NCBI GenBank assembly: GCA_965216875.1
Contig: OZ244207.1
Span: 8,160,001-8,224,000, forward strand
Length of the DNA: 64,000 nt
From: Rubripirellula sp.
Lineage (GTDB): Bacteria > Planctomycetota > Planctomycetia > Pirellulales > Pirellulaceae
Direction of reading: 5' to 3'
Positions 26,901 through 35,764 of this stretch are shown here, piece after piece (position 1 is the stretch's first letter; each line of letters begins with the position of its first letter). The notes under the pieces are model-generated. The model was given only the letters and a program-made list of their open reading frames with translations. It did no database searches and was not told where the DNA came from. The position numbers were made by a program, and so were the translations under genes.

Positions 26901-27276
26901 CGTGTCTTCGATTGCACAGTTGAATACTGACGTTACCAGTCTGATGTTTTCTCCGAATGGAAACACGCTATCGGCGACAATCGGCGGTGGTGCAATCCTA
27001 TTGTTCGACTATGGATCGCGCGAACTCATGAATGAGTTGACTGGCCACTCCAGTGATGCGATGTCAACCTCCTTCTCCCCTGATAGCCGCACATTGGTTT
27101 CGGGTTGTAGCGACGGAAAGATTCGTTTCTGGAACCTCGCGACGTTGCAACGCACGATTGCAATCCAAGGACATCCGCAACACATTCATTGCGTGCGATT
27201 CTCGCCTGATGGTTCGTCAGTCGCCTCGGCAAGCTGGGATGGGACGGTCCGCCTCTGGTCGGCGGCGGATCGATAA
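23908..27276 (+). CDS. Hanks-type Ser/Thr protein kinase with one TM helix and C-terminal WD40 repeats
   Basis: IAHGGMGVIY, VAIK, HRDIKPANIL, DFGLAK, GTPGYLSPEQ and SDIYSLG motifs; hydrophobic ALATLSSAMLLTFVVAGFAVIW; many GH...(S/D)xDxxVxxW repeats. Confidence 0.95.
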   Translation: MSTADAEFYRRASEIFLKACDLDPDQRQALMRHECADDQMLEYVQSMIEQDAQLSSIPTETVPSIKQGDIATGWEGENDTLGIEPAEAFHASATSRNGSSLADYDNLKEIAHGGMGVIYRAHQRSLNRDVAIKMIRVRSHLSASDLERFQLEAEATAKLNHPNIVPIYEIGGHEGQPFFSMKLIEGGNLSNWLKQEHDLPSKVLLLIKTALAVHYAHQNGVLHRDIKPANILIDSSGEPHISDFGLAKQLDGDVELTITGQIMGTPGYLSPEQARGQNSTITTASDIYSLGAVLYEILIGQPPFKSDSMIETIRKIVDEAPQRPSQLNPSVDLDLETICLRCLEKSPTDRYASAEALASELQRWMRNEPILSRPITGSERLLKWARRKPALATLSSAMLLTFVVAGFAVIWKWRDAEYQRGEVVIQRQQTRKYLYIAHMNIVQQAWENGMVHEVRRLLDRHLPVEDEEDIRTFEWHFYDRLSRDVLNRASMDYGDIVTFVEASPNGDEIAATGNDHRIQIWDKQSAKRKYTLTPGLGRIERLHYSPDGKTLVGVGHRSFRVWRKSGGKLNDAFTGATEDRFLTKLSHDGRWIAAPIRGNSIQIWNTADPSDTHIVPVGGGGVIELQFLHDNIHFISASQDGAIKIWNVESATAVAEIHVSELPSSKGNLRSLAISSNDKSIAIAADNAISLYQLSPDFEWTLTREIGRLANTIESLIPVGDGGVFAVVAGEATTLWEFETGKQCGTIGDPTQFSAWFDSSAKSNQFATIGSGNAAHIWDPTTGNSVGKIQGHSNAVYAMDFVDDGSIVTGSRDHTIRVSNANSGEIASTFRGHEGWIWSVNYSMDGQLIASGSVDGKVKVWDLSSGTESWEVEASSRSIQFVIFSPDNRTLAAAGRDKIIRLIDIESRNVIGSLEDHHADVNSLSFSSDGRYLASGSNDRSVIVWDVANQSVKHRLDDCGGDVWAVAFAPDDQSIAFGGRNKQIQIWDLSKVESVPDAVSSIAQLNTDVTSLMFSPNGNTLSATIGGGAILLFDYGSRELMNELTGHSSDAMSTSFSPDSRTLVSGCSDGKIRFWNLATLQRTIAIQGHPQHIHCVRFSPDGSSVASASWDGTVRLWSAADR

Positions 27277-27303
27277 AAGACAGTGCCTCATGTTCGATCG
27301 ATC

Positions 27304-28383
27304 TTACGACCCAAGTGAAGTCCGCAACGCATCGCTGCCGCTGATGATGTCGATGGGCGGAAGTTTGGTTTCGTATTCGTAGGGTGGGTCGATCCAACGG
27401 AAGTCGTTGGGGTACAGGCGTGCGACCTGCGAGATGATTTCTACCGACGTTGCGTAGGGGCGAAACACGGTCGCATCGGTGACTTGCAGGGACAATCCTT
27501 CGCAAACTTGGCCGCTCCATTTGTCGAAGGTTGGTCGGAAGCGGATGGGCAGAAAGGTGACACCCTCAAGTTCAGTCGCCTGCAATGCGGCAAGCAAACG
27601 ATCCGAATCAATGAACGGTGCACCGACGATTTGAAACGGAATGGTCGTGCCTCGCCCCTCGGACAGATTGGTTCCTTCAAGAAGGACCTGCCCCGGATAG
27701 ACAAGGGTCGATTCAAAGGTCGGCAGGTTCGGAGAAGGAGGGATCCAAGCTCGACCCAATTCAGTCCAAAGGTCTTTGCGATTCCAGCCCGTCATCTCTG
27801 TGGTGGAGAGGTTGGCTCCGACTCCGAGTTCTTCGTTGAAGTAGGTCGCGAGCTCACCGATCGTTAGAGCATGTCGCATGGGAATCGAAGCGCCACCGAC
27901 AAAACTCTCGAATCCCGGGCGCAGTGGCGGTCCCTCGACAATCTCGCCGCCGATCGGGTTGGGACGATCAAGCACATGGACAGAGACTTCATGCGCTGCG
28001 CACGCCTTCATGCATTCCAGCAACGTCCAGACAAAGGTGTAGACGCGGGTGCCGACGTCTTGAAGATCAACCACGAGGCAATCGATGTCTCGTAGCATTC
28101 GCTCAGTGGGTCGCCGCGTTTCACTGTAAAGACTGTAGATTGGGACGCCAAGTTGCTCGTGGTGATCGTGGTCCGACTCAATCATGTTCGCTTGGGCGTC
28201 ACCCCAAAGGCCATGCTGTGGCGAAAAGAGCGCCGTCAGTTGGCGCGGCAACGCATCGTTGATCAAGTCGCATGCAAACCGAAGCTGGCGGTCGACCGAC
28301 GCGCGGTTCATCAGCACACCGATCCTCGCATCTCGCAGCTCGGGTGGCGGTTCGGCAACGAAGTTTTCCAGGCCAAGACGCAT
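27304..28383 (-). CDS. NamZ/DUF1343-family exo-beta-N-acetylmuramidase paralog (no signal peptide, PQHG variant, short C-terminus)
   Basis: LFSPQHG, YSLY, DLQDVGTRVYTF, LDRPNPIGG, PMRHALTIGE, PPSPNLP and EGTNLSEGRGT motifs. Alternative GTG start at 28395. Confidence 0.88.
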   Translation of the reverse strand: MRLGLENFVAEPPPELRDARIGVLMNRASVDRQLRFACDLINDALPRQLTALFSPQHGLWGDAQANMIESDHDHHEQLGVPIYSLYSETRRPTERMLRDIDCLVVDLQDVGTRVYTFVWTLLECMKACAAHEVSVHVLDRPNPIGGEIVEGPPLRPGFESFVGGASIPMRHALTIGELATYFNEELGVGANLSTTEMTGWNRKDLWTELGRAWIPPSPNLPTFESTLVYPGQVLLEGTNLSEGRGTTIPFQIVGAPFIDSDRLLAALQATELEGVTFLPIRFRPTFDKWSGQVCEGLSLQVTDATVFRPYATSVEIISQVARLYPNDFRWIDPPYEYETKLPPIDIISGSDALRTSLGS

Positions 28384-28424
28384 TTTGCGGCACACTTTGA
28401 TTGGTTAAGCAAGAACGGCTGGGA

Positions 28425-29636
28425 TTAGTAGATCAAGAAGGGTTGGCGACGCTTGATAAACGCGTCGAGCCGCGGTTGGTAGCCCAACTGGATCTCTTTG
28501 AATGACTGTCCTGCCTTGATCGCTTCGAACGTTCCTTGATTGCCAAGCAAGCGATTGAGCGACTTGGTTTCCCACTGATCCGGGTAGAGTTGGCGAAGGG
28601 TGGTCGCAATCACAATCCCGGTACGAATCGGATCGAAGGATTCGCGATCGGTCACAATCATGTTGATGCCGCCACACCGTTGGCCAGCGTATTTGCTGGC
28701 GTCGGGTTCGAAATAGAGCGGCACAAAACGAATGCCGGCTAACCGATGAGCGTTCAACGCTGCGGCAAGCGTGCGACTGTCAATCCAGGGCGAGCCCAAC
28801 ACTTCGAAGGGCGTGTCGGTACCGCGTCCGACCGAAAGGTTCGTCGTTTCAAGCAGTCCAATTCCCGGATAAAGAAACGCTTGGGTCAGATTGCGCATGT
28901 TCGGCGAAGGGTTGATCCAAACCATGCCTGTTTCGTCGAACGCCATTTCACGTTTCCAACCTTGGCAGTGAATCACACGCAGATCGAGGTCGAGATTCAT
29001 TTCGCTGCGAAACATCATCGCGATTTCGCCGATCGTCATTCCGTGACGGACCGCGATCGTGTGATAGCCAACGAACGATTCTTTGCCGGCGTCGAGAATG
29101 GGGCCACCGACAAGGGAGCCACCGATGGGGTTGGGGCGATCGAGGACGACGAACGTGATGTCATTTTTGGCCGCAGCACGCATCGCACCACCCATCGTCG
29201 AAATGTAGGTGTAAAACCGCGTGCCGATGTCTTGGATGTCAAAGACCAGCGTGTCAATTCCTTTCAGGCTCTCGTCGGTCGGGACGCGAGTCTTTCCGTA
29301 CAGGCTGATGATTTTCAAGCCTGTTTCGGTGTCCTGGTCGTCGTTGACGTTGGCTTGATCAAGCAGCCCGGCAAACCCGTGCTCTGGGCTGAACAGCGTC
29401 TTTAGGTGAACGTTGGACGCATCATGAAGGAGTTTTACGGTCGAGACTCCTTTGAGATTGACGCCGGTATGGTTCGTGATCAGCCCGACGTTGCGCCCCG
29501 AAAGCTGGCTGAACTTTTCTTGCTCCAAAACGTCGATTCCGGCCAGCACCGACGGATCCGAAGCAACGGCCGGGTGACTCGCTGAGACGATGGCAAACAT
29601 CGCCCAGAGAACTTGAAGCGGGAAGCGTGTCATCAC
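28425..29636 (-). CDS. namZ: NamZ/DUF1343-family exo-beta-N-acetylmuramidase, secreted
   Basis: Signal peptide, then GIDVL, GLITNHTG, FSPEHG, DIQDIGTRFYTY, DRPNPIGG, RHGMTIGE, PSPNM and SVGRGT motifs; ends RQPFLIY. Confidence 0.9.
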   Translation of the reverse strand: MMTRFPLQVLWAMFAIVSASHPAVASDPSVLAGIDVLEQEKFSQLSGRNVGLITNHTGVNLKGVSTVKLLHDASNVHLKTLFSPEHGFAGLLDQANVNDDQDTETGLKIISLYGKTRVPTDESLKGIDTLVFDIQDIGTRFYTYISTMGGAMRAAAKNDITFVVLDRPNPIGGSLVGGPILDAGKESFVGYHTIAVRHGMTIGEIAMMFRSEMNLDLDLRVIHCQGWKREMAFDETGMVWINPSPNMRNLTQAFLYPGIGLLETTNLSVGRGTDTPFEVLGSPWIDSRTLAAALNAHRLAGIRFVPLYFEPDASKYAGQRCGGINMIVTDRESFDPIRTGIVIATTLRQLYPDQWETKSLNRLLGNQGTFEAIKAGQSFKEIQLGYQPRLDAFIKRRQPFLIY

Positions 29637-31126
29637 GATGGTTCCTCTGGTTTTAAGATGCGCCGCGACGTGATTCGGCTAGTGAACCAGCCAACGCCAA
29701 CGGTCGTTAGGCAGCCAACGACGGGGTACCACGGCCACGCGACGGACGTTTGGAATCGTAGAAAGGCGAGCGTGCCGATTGCCGTTCCGATGGCAACAAC
29801 GACACCAAATGCGTTCGCCGATTTTGTTGCAGCACCTAACAAAAAGACTCCCAGCAGAATCCCGGCTGTAAAACCAGCGATCGCCAATGCGTCGCCGACC
29901 ACACTCTTGGAAACGTAACTGGCGCCGATCCCGATGATGATCTGGACGACCCCGAAACAGATCGTGGCGACTCGGCTGGCTGCCAACAGTCGGCCGCTCG
30001 GTTTTTCGACATCGTCTGATTCGCTCTCACGTGCGATAAAGTCATTGACGACAGCTGCTGCGGACGAATTAAGCGAACTGGAAAGCGTTGACATGGCTGC
30101 TGCGAAAACGGCAGCGAGCGTCAAACCGACCAGTCCGATCGGCATGAAGTCGACGATGTAGCTCGCAAATACTTGATCGTTGTGCCGGAACGCTTGTGGC
30201 GAAACGATTGTGTAAAAAGCGGCAAGTGCGACACCGAGCAGCAGGAACAACGCGAACTGTACAAGGACAACAAGCCCGCTGGCGATGACGGCTTTTTTTG
30301 CGTCACGTTGACTGCGAGCGGACAGGTAACGCTGCACCATCATCTGGTCCGTTCCGTGTGTTCCCAATGTCAAAGCTGCGCCGCCAAGAAGTCCTGCCCA
30401 GAAGGTGTAGGGCTCACTCCAAAACGAAAACGATTCATTGGAAGAAACACGGAAATCGAAAACCTGGAATCGACCGGTCGATGTGCCAAACTCGATAAAC
30501 TGGTCCATGCCATTTGGGAGCGATCGAATCAACAGCGTTAGCGCGATGACCCCACCGATCATGTAGATCACAAGCTGCACGCAGTCACTCCAGATCACGG
30601 CCTTCATCCCGCCAAAGAAGGTGTAGACGATTGTGGCCAGCCCGATTGCGATGATCGCGTAATGCAATTCGATCCCGACGACCTTTTCGAGCGCGATTCC
30701 GGCAAGAAACAGGCGAAGACCGTCGCCAACGTTTCGTGCGACGAGAAACATCAAAGAGGCGACCTGTTTGACCGCGCCGCCAAAACGATGCTCAAGAACT
30801 TCGTAAGCTGTAAAGATCTTGCCGCGAAAATAAAGCGGCAACAGGATCGACGCGACTAGAATTCGACCAACGATATAGCCAAAGGTAAGCTGCAGAAAAC
30901 GCATGTCGCCCTCGGCGGCGAATGCGATACCAGGGACGCTAAGGAAAGTGGCTGTGCTTGTTTCCGTCGCGACGATGGAACCTAAAATGGCCCACCACGG
31001 AACGTCGCGTCCCCCAAGAAGGTAGCTCGACAGGTCTTGCTGGCCGCGCCCGATCCAGGCGCCGATCTGGACGGTCGCCAGCATGTACAACACGACGATC
31101 GTTGCGTCGATCCAATGAATCGCCAA
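29633..31126 (-). CDS. Sodium:solute symporter (SSS) family transporter
   Basis: YLLGGRDVPWWA, SIVATETS, GGMKAVIWSD, GTDQMMVQRYL and AAMSTLSSSLNS motifs; many TM segments. TTG at 31126 is preceded by AAGGA; the track's longer start would overlap murQ. 4-nt overlap with namZ. Confidence 0.92.
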   Translation of the reverse strand: MAIHWIDATIVVLYMLATVQIGAWIGRGQQDLSSYLLGGRDVPWWAILGSIVATETSTATFLSVPGIAFAAEGDMRFLQLTFGYIVGRILVASILLPLYFRGKIFTAYEVLEHRFGGAVKQVASLMFLVARNVGDGLRLFLAGIALEKVVGIELHYAIIAIGLATIVYTFFGGMKAVIWSDCVQLVIYMIGGVIALTLLIRSLPNGMDQFIEFGTSTGRFQVFDFRVSSNESFSFWSEPYTFWAGLLGGAALTLGTHGTDQMMVQRYLSARSQRDAKKAVIASGLVVLVQFALFLLLGVALAAFYTIVSPQAFRHNDQVFASYIVDFMPIGLVGLTLAAVFAAAMSTLSSSLNSSAAAVVNDFIARESESDDVEKPSGRLLAASRVATICFGVVQIIIGIGASYVSKSVVGDALAIAGFTAGILLGVFLLGAATKSANAFGVVVAIGTAIGTLAFLRFQTSVAWPWYPVVGCLTTVGVGWFTSRITSRRILKPEEPS

Positions 31127-31175
31127 ATCAAGAAGTCCTTCAACGAGGGGATAGAATGAAGATTGTGAACAAGCG

Positions 31176-32108
31176 ATGACACCGAAACAACCGAACCACC
31201 TTGAGTCATTGACGACCGAAGCTCGAAATCCGGCCTCCGAAGCGATCGATTCGTTCTCGGCGACGCAGATCGTACGGTTGATGAACGAACAAGACGCTGG
31301 GGTGGCCTTGGCGGTCGGCCAGGAGGCGGACGCGATCGCGTTTGCGATCGATGCCATCGCAGCGCGGATGAGGCAGGGGGGCCGACTCATCTACACCGGC
31401 GCAGGGACGTCGGGTCGGCTCGGCGTGTTGGATGCAAGCGAATGCCCGCCCACCTTTAACACGCCGCCAGAAATGGTTGTTGGCGTCATCGCGGGAGGTC
31501 AACCTGCATTGACCACGGCGATCGAAGGCGCCGAGGACATCGCTGAAGACGGACGACGCGATCTCGAAGCCGTCGATGTTTCCGAGAGGGATGCTGTCGT
31601 TGGAATCGCAACCAGTGGGCGAACGCCCTATGTCATTGGCGCACTTCAATACGCCGGTCAAGTCGGCGCGGCGACGATTGGATTCAGCTGCAACGAGACC
31701 AGCGAGCTTGCGAAGCACTGCGAAATCGCCATCTGTCCGGTCGTTGGCCCCGAAGTGATCAGTGGCTCGACTCGTATGAAAGCGGGGACGGCAACAAAAA
31801 TGGTGCTGAACATGTTGACCACCGGCGCGATGATCCGGCTTGGCAAAACGTACGGGAACTTGATGGTCGATTTGCGGGCAACCAACGAAAAACTTGCGAT
31901 CCGGTCGCGCCGAATCGTTTGTGAAATGACGGGGCTTGATGCAGAGGACGCGCAACGATTGTTGGATCGTTGTGATGGCGAGTTGAAAACCGCAATCGTT
32001 GCCAAGCGGCGCGACGTGGATGCCACACAGGCTCGCCGTCTGCTCGCTGATGCCGGCGGCCATTTGCGGACGGCAATCGAGGACCCAAACGTGGAACGTA
32101 CCCAATGA
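31176..32108 (+). CDS. murQ: N-acetylmuramic acid 6-phosphate etherase
   Basis: [63 protein letters not shown] and GNLMVD motifs. Confidence 0.97.
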   Translation: MTPKQPNHLESLTTEARNPASEAIDSFSATQIVRLMNEQDAGVALAVGQEADAIAFAIDAIAARMRQGGRLIYTGAGTSGRLGVLDASECPPTFNTPPEMVVGVIAGGQPALTTAIEGAEDIAEDGRRDLEAVDVSERDAVVGIATSGRTPYVIGALQYAGQVGAATIGFSCNETSELAKHCEIAICPVVGPEVISGSTRMKAGTATKMVLNMLTTGAMIRLGKTYGNLMVDLRATNEKLAIRSRRIVCEMTGLDAEDAQRLLDRCDGELKTAIVAKRRDVDATQARRLLADAGGHLRTAIEDPNVERTQ

Positions 32109-33034
32109 GCGACCTGGTGCTTGGCGTCGATGGTGGTGGTAGCAAGACGATGGCCATGTTGATGAAAGAGGGTCAAGTCTTGGGACGCGGCGTTGCAGGA
32201 GCGTCAAATGTTCAAATGGAACAGGACGTCGCGTTCAAGGCGATCGATCAGGCGATTGCCGGCGCGTTTGCTGACGCTGGCACAAGCCGCCGCAAACTGC
32301 GATCGGCATGCCTTGCGCTCGCGGGAGCCGGCCGGCCTGCGGATCGCGTTCGTGTTGAGACTTGGGCTGGCTCGATTGAGATGGCAGAGCGTGTGGTCGT
32401 GACCGACGACGCGCTGCCCGTGATCTATGCGGCGCAGCCCGATGGAGTTGGCGTTGCACTGATCTCTGGCACAGGCTCGATGGCACTCGGCAGAGTCGCG
32501 GGAGGGCGCACGGAACGATGCGGCGGATGGGGACCGGTTTTGGGTGATGAAGGGAGCGGCTATCAACTTGCAGTCAGCGCTCTGCGCGCGGCCGTTCGCA
32601 GCGACGACGGACGAGCGGCTCCAACAAAACTGCTCGCCGATATCTTGACGCATTTCGGCCTTCGAAAGGCGAGCGATTTGATCGAGGACATGCGGCGTCA
32701 TGATCGAGGGCGGAGCGAGATTTCGCAACTCGCGCCGCTGGTTGTCGCCGCGGCCCAAGACGGTGATCCGACGGCCGACCGGCTTGTGTCCGAGGCCGCC
32801 GAGGAGCTTGCACTCATCGTGAAGGTCGTCACTCGGCGCCTGGAGATTTCAGCCGACTACACGCTCGCGATGGCTGGAGGGCAACTCGCAAATTCAACGA
32901 CAATGCGATCTCGGGTAATCGACAAACTTGATCAGTTTGATGTGTCACCGAAGCGAACGGTAGTCGTTAGCGAGCCAGCAATAGGCGCCGCATTCATTGC
33001 AGATGCCAGGCACGGTCTCGAAACCCGAACTTAA
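32105..33034 (+). CDS. BadF/BadG/BcrA/BcrD-family amino-sugar kinase (MurK/NagK-like)
   Basis: [16 protein letters not shown] and [14 protein letters not shown] motifs; ATGA overlap with murQ. Confidence 0.88.
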   Translation: MSDLVLGVDGGGSKTMAMLMKEGQVLGRGVAGASNVQMEQDVAFKAIDQAIAGAFADAGTSRRKLRSACLALAGAGRPADRVRVETWAGSIEMAERVVVTDDALPVIYAAQPDGVGVALISGTGSMALGRVAGGRTERCGGWGPVLGDEGSGYQLAVSALRAAVRSDDGRAAPTKLLADILTHFGLRKASDLIEDMRRHDRGRSEISQLAPLVVAAAQDGDPTADRLVSEAAEELALIVKVVTRRLEISADYTLAMAGGQLANSTTMRSRVIDKLDQFDVSPKRTVVVSEPAIGAAFIADARHGLETRT

Positions 33035-33182
33035 TTCGTTCTCGCATAGCACTCCTCCCGTTCACGCGAGGGGCCTTGATCACTTGACGGTCTTTTTCGC
33101 GTTTGACCTTCGAGAGTTCTTCGGCCAACAGAGAAAAGGCAATGTCTCTCTCGACAGCAATGCGGGCCAGTAGGAACCTGCC

Positions 33183-34916
33183 CTACTTGCGTTCATTCTC
33201 CCAGAAAGCGATCTCCGTCGACACCATCAACGCCATCGCGCCGCCACGGTCGTCCGCCCCGAGTATGGCCGTGCGGTCATAGTAATTGCGGAGGTCTTTC
33301 TGTTTCCCGGTTCCGGTGCAGACGTCGACCAACCTGCCCTTCGGTCCAATCCGTGATTTGATGGCGCGCCATGCTCTTCTAGCAGCCGGCGCCCATTCCT
33401 CTTCTTTCAGCCATCCGCGTCGCATCCCTCGAACAATCGCAAACGTGATCATGCACGTCGAAGTGAATTCGCGATAGCTTTCCTTGCGGTCGATCACCTG
33501 ATGCCAGGCCCCCGTCGGGTCCTGATGCTGCCGGAGCGCGTCGAGGTGCGAGCGATAAGCACTTAAAAAAAACTCAAAAGCCTCCGAGTTCTCCGGTAAC
33601 GCACTCAGCGAAAGCGCCATCCCAAGCGCAGGGAATCCGTTGCCGCGCCCCCAGGCTGCCTCGTCGAGTGGAGAGTGCCTGTAAATTCCGTCGTCGCGGA
33701 GACAGAGATTCTGCATGAACTTAAAATGGCGAAGGCACTGATCGAAATATTTCTCATCGCCGGTCAAAGCGCCGACTTCGGCGAGAATCACGCACCCCAT
33801 GAAAACCGAGTCGCTCATTTCGTTGTGAAATGGCATCGACTCCTTCGGCTGTCCGTTGGCGTGGAATCCGCAATCTGCCGCCTTCTTCGCCGGCGGCGTC
33901 CAGTTGTCGTCGCGAGACCGGCGGGCAAGCTCCGAGAAAATCAGATGCCCGGATAGTGTGCTGCCGTTGCCTTTTGCCGGCATGCTTTCCTTGTCGCCCC
34001 GCCGAAACGGCGCCGCCAGATGTTCGGCATCGCGGAGACGGGCTGCGTCTCCGGTTAGTTCTCCCAGTCGCATTCGGCCGATCACAGCGAGCGATGGGAT
34101 GTACATGATTCGATCGAGTTTGCCTCCGTACACCTTGGCCAGTTCCTGTGCCACCTCAATCGGCGAACGTGCGATGCGGCGGTTGATTTCCTTTCGCGCA
34201 TTGGAACGTGGAAGAGGATTGAAGTGACCATCCATTGCCGTGGTCAACAGAAGCAAGGGCGACTTGCCGTCGGATTGAAGTGCGGGGATCGAACCAACTT
34301 CGGAAGGTGCGCCCTGGCTCAGCGCGGCAACCAAAGTTGCCTTATCCGTCGTCTCCCTACTGGTACCTGGAATCGCCGTGCGGATTGCATCGAGCATCTC
34401 CGCCGGTTTATCCGGCCAGGTCCACGCAGAATCGTTCTCGGACCGAACGTCGATGACAAGGTCTGGAGCATGCATACCGATCCAGCGCCAGAGATAGTGC
34501 GTTTCATCGTTTTCGGCTTGGTTGTATGCGTTTCCTTCCGGCGGGAATTTGGGCTCTGGCGGATTGCTTTGACCGACGGCATCTGGCCGAGCACAGGGCA
34601 CGCAGGAAACCGAGTATCGCTTCTGCAATTCGGTTTCGCCCTGGAAATCGGAAAGGGCACTCATTGCCAGTTCGACCGAACCCGCTTTACCATCAAGTCC
34701 ACCGACAATGAGGATGCGAAACTTTGTTGTCCGGGGATCGAAATGGTCTTCTGCGATGAAACAGGGAATCGCGGTTCCCTGTCGTGTCACTCCGATTGCC
34801 GATCGAATCAGGCCGCCGAGCGGATAGCGGTCCAATATCTTGCTCAGCTCGGAATCATCGCCAAGACAGGTGTTACACGTGACGGCGAGGAACATGAGAA
34901 AGACGAAATGTTTCAT
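33183..34916 (-). CDS. Secreted GH105/GH88-family unsaturated glycosyl hydrolase with N-terminal degenerate M14 carboxypeptidase-like domain
   Basis: Signal peptide. C-half has SDSVFMG, DGIYRH, WGRGNG, GAWHQV, SYREFTST and DVCTGT. N-half has ILIVGGLDG...VPCARPD...ETHYLWRWI...PDLVIDV. Confidence 0.8.
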   Translation of the reverse strand: MKHFVFLMFLAVTCNTCLGDDSELSKILDRYPLGGLIRSAIGVTRQGTAIPCFIAEDHFDPRTTKFRILIVGGLDGKAGSVELAMSALSDFQGETELQKRYSVSCVPCARPDAVGQSNPPEPKFPPEGNAYNQAENDETHYLWRWIGMHAPDLVIDVRSENDSAWTWPDKPAEMLDAIRTAIPGTSRETTDKATLVAALSQGAPSEVGSIPALQSDGKSPLLLLTTAMDGHFNPLPRSNARKEINRRIARSPIEVAQELAKVYGGKLDRIMYIPSLAVIGRMRLGELTGDAARLRDAEHLAAPFRRGDKESMPAKGNGSTLSGHLIFSELARRSRDDNWTPPAKKAADCGFHANGQPKESMPFHNEMSDSVFMGCVILAEVGALTGDEKYFDQCLRHFKFMQNLCLRDDGIYRHSPLDEAAWGRGNGFPALGMALSLSALPENSEAFEFFLSAYRSHLDALRQHQDPTGAWHQVIDRKESYREFTSTCMITFAIVRGMRRGWLKEEEWAPAARRAWRAIKSRIGPKGRLVDVCTGTGKQKDLRNYYDRTAILGADDRGGAMALMVSTEIAFWENERK

Positions 34917-35153
34917 CGAGAGGCTTCTTCTCCGTTACATCGCATTGAGAATTCGTTTTGACCCGATCTCCGGTGAAGATCATAGCTCGATGCGTGAGCG
35001 AGGACTGCCGATTGAATGCTTCGCTTTCGCCTAGGGCTCCGAAGTCGATTGCAAATTCCTCAGCTTAGACCGATCATCCCTCGACGGCGTGAAATGCGGC
35101 AGGCATCATCTCCTATTCAGCGCGCGGCTTGTCCTATGTGTTGGAGAGTGCAT

Positions 35154-35194
35154 AAAAAAAAGGGGCCGCCGCAATCTGTTGCGTCGGTCCCTTT
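35154..35194 (-). terminator. Intrinsic terminator downstream of tRNA-Leu
   Basis: Minus strand GGGACCGACGCAA-CAGA-TTGCGGCGGCCCC followed by T8. Confidence 0.8.
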
Positions 35195-35203
35195 GGGTTG
35201 GAG

Positions 35204-35287
35204 TGCGGATGAGAGGATTTGAACCTCCACGCCCTTGCGGGCACTAGAACCTGAATCTAGCGCGTCTGCCAATTCCGCCACATCCGC
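35204..35287 (-). tRNA. tRNA-Leu (anticodon CAG)
   Basis: GCGGATGTGGCGGAATTGGCAGACGCGCTAGATTCAGGTTCTAG...GGTTCAAATCCTCTCATCCGCA; long variable arm; no encoded CCA. Confidence 0.97.
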
Positions 35288-35369
35288 TTTTTGTTTGGCC
35301 GTTGGGAAAGAGGTGCTCGAGCAGTTTTGGGTTCGCTCGGCTGGTTTCCCAACGTTTTGGCTGGGGCGA

Positions 35370-35398
35370 AGGATACGCGTTTGATCGCCATGTCGCAA
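35370..35398 (-). promoter_or_regulatory. Putative sigma70 promoter of tRNA-Leu
   Basis: TTGCGA-17 nt-TATCCT, about 80 nt upstream of the tRNA. Confidence 0.5.
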
Positions 35399-35520
35399 GG
35401 ATGGTTTGCGAGGAGACAAGCGGAGTGGCAGACTGGTGGCGGTGCGGAGATCCGCGGCTAGCGGAGAGACACCAGGAACGGTCTCTGCAGAACAACTTCT
35501 TCTGCAGCTAGGCAGTGCCC

Positions 35521-35650
35521 GTGAGCCGCTGGCCGTGAGGCCTCGGGCCCAGGCTAACCGCAGCTATGGCACACCACAGCTATGGCACAAGGCGGCGAAG
35601 ACCCACGGCGGCTAGGATTAAGGCCCGGCCGCTTACGCGATCGCGGCTCA
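35521..35650. repeat. REPIN-like inverted repeat pair (GTGAGCCG...CGGCTCA family)
   Basis: GTGAGCCGCTGGCCGTGAGGCCTCGGGC ... GGCCCGGCCGCTTACGCGATCGCGGCTCA; related to repeats at 42.1-42.6 kb and 63.5-63.7 kb. Internal 13-nt direct repeat CAGCTATGGCACA at 35561 and 35577. Confidence 0.65.
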
Positions 35651-35764
35651 GTTGCTGCTCAGGCTGGGTGTGCGATGAGCAGCACGAACCCTCTCCGGGC
35701 CTGAGAGCCCGACTCTCCCAAGGGAGAGTGTTTTCTAATTACGCAGAGTGAGTTGGATTGAACG

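Noticed and set aside
31127..31390. Track start for the SSS transporter at 31390
   Set aside because: It would overlap murQ antisense by over 200 nt. TTG 31126 has an SD-like AAGGA and a typical SSS N-terminus.
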